Source of the DNA: an uncultured Verrucomicrobiota bacterium
GTDB lineage: Bacteria; Verrucomicrobiota; Verrucomicrobiia; Limisphaerales; UBA9464
NCBI GenBank assembly: GCA_903907995.1
Contig: CAIVQH010000008.1
Location: 7,220 to 71,219, forward strand
Length of the DNA stretch: 64,000 bases
Direction: 5' to 3'
A program made the translations under genes and the position numbers. Under the pieces are notes generated by a model, which was given only the letters and a program-made list of their open reading frames with translations, was not told the origin of the DNA and made no database searches. Shown piece after piece: positions 57,701-64,000 of the stretch. Each line of letters begins with the position of its first letter. The stretch's first letter is position 1.

Positions 57701-58705
57701 TCACTGGGCCAGCGGGGCATCCTTCGGCAGCCCCTTCAACCGGCTGGGGGGCTCCAGATAGCGGAAGGGATTGCTCGGATTGTCGTTGTCGTAGGCAAAG
57801 GCGTCGCGATGACGGAGGAAATACTTCACCTGCTCGACGGGGATCGCAAAGCCCAGGCCCTCGCCGAAGGTGAGCTTCATGTTGGTGACGCCCACGACCT
57901 CGCCCCGTTGGTTGAAGAGCGGACCGCCAGAGTTGCCCGGATTGATCTGTGCCGTCGTCTGCAGATAGAGATCGCCCTGCATCTGGCGCGTGGTCGTGCT
58001 CAGGATGCCCTCCGTCACGGTGCGCTCCAGGCCAAGGGGGCTGCCGATGGCGAACACATGGTCGCCCTGGGACAGGACTTCCGAATCGCCCAGCAACACC
58101 CGGCGGAACTTCGGCGCGTCCTTGTCCTCGACCTTCAGCAGCGTCAGGTCGTTGAACTTGTTCATCGCGACAATACGCACATCCTTGTAGCTGCGACGGT
58201 CGAGCTGGCCGTCCTTCATATGGTACACCTCGACGGAGAGCTTGGTCTCGCCCTCGATGACGTGGAAATTGGTGATGAGATAACCGTCCTCGGTGATGAA
58301 GAAGCCGCTGCCCAGGCCGCTCGGCGTGCGTACCTGCACCACGCCCTCACCCAGCAGGGTGACCAGCTCACGGACGGACTTCTCCGGCAGCGTTCCGGCC
58401 GCCACGGAATAAAGCGCCCCGCTGCTCTCCTGCGGTGGTGGAATCACAATCGGCGTCGGCTTGACGGCGGGTGTCTTGATTGGGGGCGCGGTGTCCTCGT
58501 CCGTGGCGCGCGTGATCTTCACGATCTGGCTGCGGGGAACGGTCAGCACCGTGTAGCCCACATCCAGCACCAGCATGTCCTTCTTCTCGACCAGGATCTT
58601 ACCGCTGACGGACGCCTTGTCCTTCAGCAGGACGACGTCGGTCGCCGCCACTGCGGGCAGGATGAGGGAGGCGGCCAGAATTCCGGAAAGCAGCGGCGCA
58701 CGCAT
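57701..58705 (-). CDS. trypsin-like (S1C, HtrA/DegP-like) serine protease without PDZ domain
   Basis: Signal peptide. GSGFFITEDGYLITNFHV (His), DLTLLKV (Asp), NPGNSGGPLFN (Ser). Confidence 0.85.
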   Translation of the reverse strand: MRAPLLSGILAASLILPAVAATDVVLLKDKASVSGKILVEKKDMLVLDVGYTVLTVPRSQIVKITRATDEDTAPPIKTPAVKPTPIVIPPPQESSGALYSVAAGTLPEKSVRELVTLLGEGVVQVRTPSGLGSGFFITEDGYLITNFHVIEGETKLSVEVYHMKDGQLDRRSYKDVRIVAMNKFNDLTLLKVEDKDAPKFRRVLLGDSEVLSQGDHVFAIGSPLGLERTVTEGILSTTTRQMQGDLYLQTTAQINPGNSGGPLFNQRGEVVGVTNMKLTFGEGLGFAIPVEQVKYFLRHRDAFAYDNDNPSNPFRYLEPPSRLKGLPKDAPLAQ

Positions 58706-58754
58706 GGCCCTACGCTAGGGGGCCGTTTTCGTCCCCGCAAGCCCGGCAAATGCG

Positions 58755-58850
58755 GTGAGCCAGTGAGCCAGTGAGCCAGTAGGTCAGTGAGTCAGAAAGG
58801 ACAACCGAGGTCTCCGTCTGACCCGCTGACCTACTGGCTCACTGGCTCAC
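58755..58850. repeat. long imperfect palindrome built from GTGRGYCA octamers
   Basis: The left arm is gtgagcca x3, gtaggtca, gtgagtca, g (58755-58795). The right arm is ctgacccgctgacctactggctcactggctcac (58818-58850). Its reverse complement, gtgagccagtgagccagtaggtcagcgggtcag, matches the left arm except for about 3 nt. The loop is about 22 nt. It lies between divergent genes. Confidence 0.9.
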
Positions 58851-58965
58851 TCGCTTGCCGATGCCCCGCTTTCCCCCTCCTGTCTCCTGAATCCTGTCTC
58901 CTGTCTCCTGCCAGCGGGCCCCACTTCAGCCTTCCCACCGCCCGCGATGCTCTTAAGGTCGCCGC

Positions 58966-59649
58966 ATGTACTCCACCGCTGAGCTTTTCGACCTGGCCCA
59001 GACCGAGCATGCCGCCCTCTTCGAGGGGACGCAGTATCCTTGGGAAATCCTCAAGAAGCTGGGTGACTACCTGCGCCTCAATGTCCGCCCGGTGCATTTG
59101 CACCGCGCGGTCGGCCATATCCATCTCGGCCCGCACGTCCAGATCGGCGAGGGCACCGTGATCGAGGAAGGCGCCATGATCCTCGGGCCCGCCATCATCG
59201 GACGGAACTGCCAGATCCGCCACGGCGCCTACATAAGGGAGAACGTCATTCTCGGCGACGGCTGCACGGTGGGGAACTCCTGCGAAGTGAAAAACTCGCT
59301 CCTTTTCAATGGCGCGCAGGTGCCGCACTTCAACTACGTCGGTGACTGCATCCTCGGCCACAAGGCCCACCTCGGAGCGGGCGCAGCGCTCTCGAACCTC
59401 AAGCTCGACAGCAGCAACGTGTGGGTGGACGGGGAGAACGGCGTGCCTATCGACACCGGCCTGCGCAAGTTCGGCGCGATCCTTGGTGACCACACCGACA
59501 TCGGCTGCAACGCCGTGCTGAACCCCGGCTCCATCATCGGCCGCAACTCGGTGGTGTATCCCACGCTCTCCTGGCGCGGCTTCCTGCCCGCCAATATGAT
59601 CGCCAAGCACAAACACAGGCCGGATGTGGTGATCCGCCGGCCGCGGTAG
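58966..59649 (+). CDS. hexapeptide-repeat (left-handed beta-helix) transferase-like protein
   Basis: Repeated [LIV]G..... hexapeptides (IGEGTVIEEGAMILGPAIIGRNCQIRHGAYIRENVILGDGCTVGNSCEV...). Confidence 0.75.
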   Translation: MYSTAELFDLAQTEHAALFEGTQYPWEILKKLGDYLRLNVRPVHLHRAVGHIHLGPHVQIGEGTVIEEGAMILGPAIIGRNCQIRHGAYIRENVILGDGCTVGNSCEVKNSLLFNGAQVPHFNYVGDCILGHKAHLGAGAALSNLKLDSSNVWVDGENGVPIDTGLRKFGAILGDHTDIGCNAVLNPGSIIGRNSVVYPTLSWRGFLPANMIAKHKHRPDVVIRRPR

Positions 59650-59689
59650 GCGCTTGCACAGGCGCCCTCGGAGCCGCCCCATTTAAGGC

Positions 59690-60385
59690 ATGAAAACCTC
59701 CCCGCCCCTGACCCAACGGGCCTTGACGCGGCTGGAGGTGCTGCTGACGGTTTTCATCCTGCTCTGCCTGGCCGCATTGGTTCTGCCCTGGCTGGCCCGT
59801 CGCAAAGCGATGGAATTGCATGTTTCGTGCGTGAATAATCTCTCGATCGTTGGCCTCTCATTTCGTGTCTTCGAGGCGGACAATCAGGGCAAGTTTCCGA
59901 TGGAAGTCTCGGTCACCAACGGAGGCAGCTTCGAATTGACCTTCCATTCCGCGGAGGCATGGCGTCAATTTCAGGTGCTTTCAAACGAGCTGTCCGTCGC
60001 TTCAATTTTGCACTGCCCCCAAGACGCGCAACGCCAGCCCGCCGAAGTGTTCGGATTCCGCCCCGATCGGACCAATGCCATCGTCTTCTCCGGAAACCAA
60101 TACCTGAGCTACTTCCTCAGCCTGAATGCCACTGCCGGCCAACCGCAGTCCGTCCTCGCCGGGGATCGCAACCTGGCGACGAATGGGGTTGCGGTGAACC
60201 CGGGCAGGCTGGTGATCACCCCGAAACTCGCCCTGCGCCATACCACCGAGATCCACAATGGCATTGGCAACCTTCTCCTCGCCGACGGCAGCGTGCAAAA
60301 GAGTTCAAGCCATCCGCCGACCGAAAGCTGGCTGGCTGCACCGACCAACTCCGCCCTCACGACCAACGTCTGGCTCGTGCCCTGA
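59690..60385 (+). CDS. prepilin-like DUF1559/H-X9-DG paralog ending in NVWLVP, atypical cleavage site
   Basis: MKTSPPLTQRALTRLEVLLTVFILLCLAALVL (Ala instead of Gly before the hydrophobic segment), CVNNLSIVGLSF, HNGIGNLLLADGSV, C-terminus TNVWLVP. Confidence 0.8.
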   Translation: MKTSPPLTQRALTRLEVLLTVFILLCLAALVLPWLARRKAMELHVSCVNNLSIVGLSFRVFEADNQGKFPMEVSVTNGGSFELTFHSAEAWRQFQVLSNELSVASILHCPQDAQRQPAEVFGFRPDRTNAIVFSGNQYLSYFLSLNATAGQPQSVLAGDRNLATNGVAVNPGRLVITPKLALRHTTEIHNGIGNLLLADGSVQKSSSHPPTESWLAAPTNSALTTNVWLVP

Positions 60386-60471
60386 GCCCAGGCGGCGGGG
60401 GGAGTCCGCGAGGTCAGGTCTCGCCTTCGGCGCTGGCGTCGCTCCGCTGGGATCCCGCTGGAGACGCATTC

Positions 60472-61311
60472 TCAGGTTCGGAGACGTGGCCTTTTCAGGA
60501 GGCGATCCATTCGACCTCGAACGGTGCGAAGGTGCAGTATGGGGTAAATGTTCAGAACGATCTGAACCCCCAGCAATATCGCGGCTTCGCGAGGCCGGCC
60601 ACTCCAGCCCACCCAGGCGACATAAGGTGTGAACAGGACGGCCGCCCAAAAATGGGCCGCTTCGGCCGCCTCCACCTGCCGCGAGACTCCGATCAGGTCT
60701 GCGTGCCTCCGGCCGAGATAGACTGACAGGTTCAGGAATCGGAGGGGCGTTTCGCGAAGCAGTTTGCCGAAAGCAGGAACCAGGCAGTGGCGATAGGCCG
60801 TCCCGTCAATCTCCCAGGTGCGGACGGTTCGAAGGGTTGGCGGCATCCGGATCAGGAACAGCGGCTCCGCAACCTTCGTCAGGCCGAGGAAATAGAAGAC
60901 GCCCATCAACCCGAGCCACGGCGAAGCGCCTCCTATGGCGCGCTCCAGCAGGACGAAACTCACGGCAAATCCGGCGGCGGTCACGGCCAAGACGAGGACG
61001 CTGCGGACCGGGTGCGAAAGGGTTCTCATTTCACTTGAGCTCAAATGTGAAACAGTTGGATACGGGAGCAAAGCCGGAAGGTTGGGATCGGCCCCGGCAT
61101 CGTATTGCAGTATGCCCAACGGAAACCAGAGGACGACCGCCGAAATCAAAAGGTAGGCCGACTGGAAAACGGTGGCGTTGAACGGCGTCGGCGCGATGAG
61201 TTGCCTGGCCCGTTTTTGGGTCGGCCCAAGGGTTTCGTCGACTACGCGTTCAACCACGTGCTTTGCTGCGCGCAGGAATGAGTTGGAACAACCAAGGAAC
61301 GAAGTAACCAA
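60472..61311 (-). CDS. polytopic membrane protein; the C-terminal part weakly resembles CrtO-type acyltransferases
   Basis: Several TM helices. EAAEAAHFW...NIYPILHLRTVRGRMDRL recalls the E..H ... N.P....QRYNR.R pattern of S. aureus CrtO as I remember it. The track start is a TTG inside a hairpin, so the true start is probably downstream. Confidence 0.45.
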   Translation of the reverse strand: MVTSFLGCSNSFLRAAKHVVERVVDETLGPTQKRARQLIAPTPFNATVFQSAYLLISAVVLWFPLGILQYDAGADPNLPALLPYPTVSHLSSSEMRTLSHPVRSVLVLAVTAAGFAVSFVLLERAIGGASPWLGLMGVFYFLGLTKVAEPLFLIRMPPTLRTVRTWEIDGTAYRHCLVPAFGKLLRETPLRFLNLSVYLGRRHADLIGVSRQVEAAEAAHFWAAVLFTPYVAWVGWSGRPREAAILLGVQIVLNIYPILHLRTVRGRMDRLLKRPRLRT

Positions 61312-61365
61312 GGCTGCCCAGCAGGCATTTTGAGTTCTTAGTTCCTTAGTTCCTTGGTTGTTCCA
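61284..61365. repeat. 17-bp perfect inverted repeat with tandem TAGTTCCT-type units
   Basis: tggaacaaccaaggaac (61284-61300) / gttccttggttgttcca (61349-61365). The right side carries gagttcttagttccttagttccttgg direct repeats. Confidence 0.85.
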
Positions 61366-61433
61366 CCTCCCCTCTGACCTTCACGACGAAAAGGTGCGCC
61401 CCGAATGAAGTCGCTCCGCACCTCCCTATCGCT

Positions 61434-61465
61434 CTGACTGACTGAACACTGACCTACTGGTTCAC
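61434..61465. repeat. solo arm of the GTGRGYCA octamer family (reverse orientation)
   Basis: ctgactgactgaacactgacctactggttcac. The reverse complement of its 3' part (61449-61465) reads gtgaacca gtaggtca g. Confidence 0.7.
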
Positions 61466-61538
61466 TTGCCCACGACGACACCGCCTTTCCCCGTTTCCAC
61501 CCTTTGCGCCTTTCGCGTCTTCGCTGTTCACTCCCGCC

Positions 61539-63698
61539 GTGATTTCGCTCGCCGAAGATGCCGCCGCCCCGCCGACCGACCTGGTCGCGCAGGTCGAGAC
61601 GATGTTTTCGGCCACGGGCGTCTTCTCGGCGGCGAAGAATTTCGAGTATCGCCCGCAACAGCAGGCGATGGCCGTTGCCGTGGCGAAGGCGCTCACCAGC
61701 GGAGGGCATCTGCTCGTGGAGGCCGGCACGGGCGTGGGCAAGAGCTTCGCGTACCTCGTGCCCGCGATCCTCTTCGCGGTGGCGCAGAAGAAGAAGGCCG
61801 TCATCTGCACCCACACGATCAACCTGCAGGAGCAGCTCGTGGAGAAGGATCTGCCCCTGCTCAAGCAGGTGCTCGGCGCGGACTTCAGCTACGCGATGCT
61901 CAAGGGCCGCTCGAACTATCTCTGCACCCGCCGGCTCCAGAAAGCCATGTCGCAGGCGGACTCGCTCTTCACCTCGCCCGAGGTCGCCGAGCTGCACCGC
62001 ATCTACGAGTGGAGCAAGGAGACGCGCGACGGCTCGCTGAGCGACTTCACGGACGAACCGGACCCAAAGGTGTGGGAACACGTCTGCTCGGAGCGCGGCC
62101 TCTGCACGCCGAAGAAGTGCGGTCACACCAGCGACTTCGCGAAAACGGGCAACACCTGTTTCTTCCAGCGCGCCCGCCAGCGCATTCTGGGGGCTGATGT
62201 ATTGGTGCTGAACCATACGCTGTTCTTCACGCTGCTCAACGGCGTGGACGAGGAGCAGGAGGGCGGCGTGCTCTTCAAGAATGACTTCGTCATCTTCGAT
62301 GAGGCCCACACGGTTGAGCAGGTTGCGGCGCGCCACATCGGCGTGAGCGTGAGCAGCGGCCAGATGCGCTACTCGCTGCAGAAGCTGTGGAACCCGCGCA
62401 CCGAGAAGGGCCTGCTCGCGACCCTGCGCCAGGGTACCTCGGTCAAGGCCGTCGCCGAGGTGCTGAAGCAGGGCGACGACTTCTTCGCCAAGATCGAGGA
62501 CGCCTGCGAAAACATTGTGCAAAACGCCGGCAAGTCCGCCGAGGGCGAACCCGACGCCGAGGCGGCCCGCAACGCGAGCTTTGCCCCGCGCGTCTGGAAG
62601 GAGCTGCGCATCCGCCGGCCCGATCTCGTGGAAGACAACCTCACGCTCGCCCTGCAGCGGCTGCGCGAGCAGGTCCACGAGCTGATCCAGTCCACCGAGG
62701 ACAAGGAAACCGGCGAGGAGCTGATGGAGTGCAACCGCCGCATCGCCGACCTGCGCCACGCGGTGCAGACCTTCCTCAAACAGGATGCCGAGGAGCACGT
62801 CTATTGGGTCGAGCGCTCAGGCCGCACCCAGCGCAATCTCACGCTCAACGCCGCGCCGGTGGATGTCGCCGACTTCCTCCGCGCCCGGCTCTTCGGCTCG
62901 GCCACGAGCATCATCATGACCAGCGCGACGATGGCCATATCGAGCGCGGAGCGCGGAACGGGGAGCGCGGAATCGGCAGGCAAACCGGCGGCGCGGCCCC
63001 CGTCGGCGCGGAGCAATCTCAAGAACCCGCTCGATTATATCGCGAAGCGGGTCGGCGGCGAATCCGCCACGAAGCTCCAGGTCGGATCGCCCTTCGATTA
63101 CGAGTCGCAGATGCGCCTGTTCGTCGCCGGCAAGATGCCCGACCCGCGCGACGCGGGTTATGAGGAGGCGCTGGTGACGCAGATCGAGCGGTTCGTGAAG
63201 GCCACCCACGGCAAGGCCTTCGTGCTCTTCACCAACACCCGGCTCATGCAATCGGTCGCGGGGCGCATGGAGCGCTTTTTCGCGCGCCTCGGAGTGGAGT
63301 GCTACGTGCAGGGCACCGGCACCCCACGCTCGACAATGCTGGAGAAGTTCAAGGAGAACGTGGACAGCGTGCTCTTCGGCACGGACAGCTTCTGGCAGGG
63401 CGTGGATGTGCCGGGCGAAGCCCTGAGCAACGTCATCATCACGCGGCTGCCCTTCGCCGTGCCCGATCATCCGCTCACCGAGGCGCGGCTGGAGCGGATC
63501 GAGGCGGCGGGCGGGAACGCCTTCTTCGACTTCAGCCTCCCCGAGGCGGTGCTGAAGTTCCGCCAGGGCGTAGGCCGGCTCATCCGCACGCAGACGGACA
63601 AGGGCATCGTGGTGGTGCTCGACAACCGGGTGCTCACCAAGCGCTACGGCCAGCAGTTCCTCGACGCGATCCCGAAGTGCCCGATGGAGGTGGTGTGA
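61539..63698 (+). CDS. dinG: ATP-dependent DNA helicase, DinG/Rad3 (XPD-like) family
   Basis: Walker A VEAGTGVGKSFAYLVPA, DEAH box VIFDEAH, a Cys cluster (C..C..C..C between motifs I and II), C-terminal GTDSFWQGVDVPG and GRLIRTQTDKG. GTG start at 61539. Confidence 0.85.
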   Translation: MISLAEDAAAPPTDLVAQVETMFSATGVFSAAKNFEYRPQQQAMAVAVAKALTSGGHLLVEAGTGVGKSFAYLVPAILFAVAQKKKAVICTHTINLQEQLVEKDLPLLKQVLGADFSYAMLKGRSNYLCTRRLQKAMSQADSLFTSPEVAELHRIYEWSKETRDGSLSDFTDEPDPKVWEHVCSERGLCTPKKCGHTSDFAKTGNTCFFQRARQRILGADVLVLNHTLFFTLLNGVDEEQEGGVLFKNDFVIFDEAHTVEQVAARHIGVSVSSGQMRYSLQKLWNPRTEKGLLATLRQGTSVKAVAEVLKQGDDFFAKIEDACENIVQNAGKSAEGEPDAEAARNASFAPRVWKELRIRRPDLVEDNLTLALQRLREQVHELIQSTEDKETGEELMECNRRIADLRHAVQTFLKQDAEEHVYWVERSGRTQRNLTLNAAPVDVADFLRARLFGSATSIIMTSATMAISSAERGTGSAESAGKPAARPPSARSNLKNPLDYIAKRVGGESATKLQVGSPFDYESQMRLFVAGKMPDPRDAGYEEALVTQIERFVKATHGKAFVLFTNTRLMQSVAGRMERFFARLGVECYVQGTGTPRSTMLEKFKENVDSVLFGTDSFWQGVDVPGEALSNVIITRLPFAVPDHPLTEARLERIEAAGGNAFFDFSLPEAVLKFRQGVGRLIRTQTDKGIVVVLDNRVLTKRYGQQFLDAIPKCPMEVV

Positions 63699-63716
63699 GG
63701 CGGACCGCCACCGCCC

Positions 63717-64000
63717 TCAGCGCGCTTCGGTGGAACAGGTCACGGCATAGCCGCGGTGGTTCAGCAGAGAAAGGTGGAGATCGGGGTATTTGTCGTTGAG
63801 TTGCTCGATGATCTCGTTGATCCGGCTCTTCAAGGGTGACCACGGTTCCATGCACCCAAATTGCAGAATATAACTCGAGTTAGTATCGGGCACCTGAAAA
63901 CTCCAGATCTGTCCGGAATGGAGTTCCACCGTTCGGGAGGTCCGAAAATCTTGGGGATCCACCAGCCAATTTCCGGATGGCCCCCTAAGACTGGGATGAC
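63717..64000 (-). CDS. hypothetical protein (C-terminal part; start lies beyond the window)
   Basis: The reverse frame is open from the window edge to the stop at 63717-63719. GC is visibly lower. No motif recognised. Confidence 0.4.
   Translation of the reverse strand, partial: HPSLRGPSGNWLVDPQDFRTSRTVELHSGQIWSFQVPDTNSSYILQFGCMEPWSPLKSRINEIIEQLNDKYPDLHLSLLNHRGYAVTCSTEAR

Noticed and set aside
58755-58850. CRISPR array hypothesis for the octamer/heptamer repeat clusters (also 6017-6156 and 3212-3236)
   Set aside because: The units are only 7-8 nt, are directly abutting with no spacers, and the arrays form inverted arms. No cas genes are in the window.
59959-60726. 255-aa plus-strand ORF overlapping the 3' part of the prepilin-like gene and the membrane-protein gene
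   Set aside because: It is Arg/Pro-rich, out of frame with the recognisable prepilin paralog, and overlaps two better-supported genes.

Overview
GC-rich chromosomal segment (about 60-65% GC by eye, not computed). It is most likely from a Verrucomicrobiota / PVC-group bacterium. The basis is its hallmark families: DUF1592 and DUF1552 pairs, DUF1559 / H-X9-DG prepilin-like proteins, a PEP-CTERM protein, DUF1080, and an Amuc_1098-1101-like pilus/secretin cluster. I support about 52 protein-coding genes. Housekeeping genes include accD, mog, leuD, pyrE, korAB, yacG and a DinG-like helicase. There are many Sec/TAT-exported proteins. I found no rRNA, tRNA, CRISPR array, transposase or integrase. 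Four things stand out. (1) A ~16 kb, eight-gene minus-strand operon (26553-42739) has a PilM/N - PilO-like - PilP-like - secretin module followed directly by four giant exoproteins, with no ATPase, platform protein or pilin nearby. (2) A ~60-75 aa C-terminal module ending in [FY][FY]R recurs on at least seven otherwise unrelated secreted proteins in the window. (3) A bona fide Hcp1-fold (T6SS tube) domain carries a Sec-type signal peptide and that same C-terminal module, with no other T6SS genes present. (4) Intergenic regions hold hairpins whose arms are built from short tandem repeats (the GTGRGYCA octamer family and others), plus two long MITE-like inverted-repeat elements. Also noted: tandem Kelch paralogs, one broken at a C7 tract; an LRR paralog cut off from its C-terminal tail; and a tandem pair of prepilin-like paralogs. 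Many long antisense shadow ORFs in the track were rejected. All family calls come from reading the translations; no searches were run.
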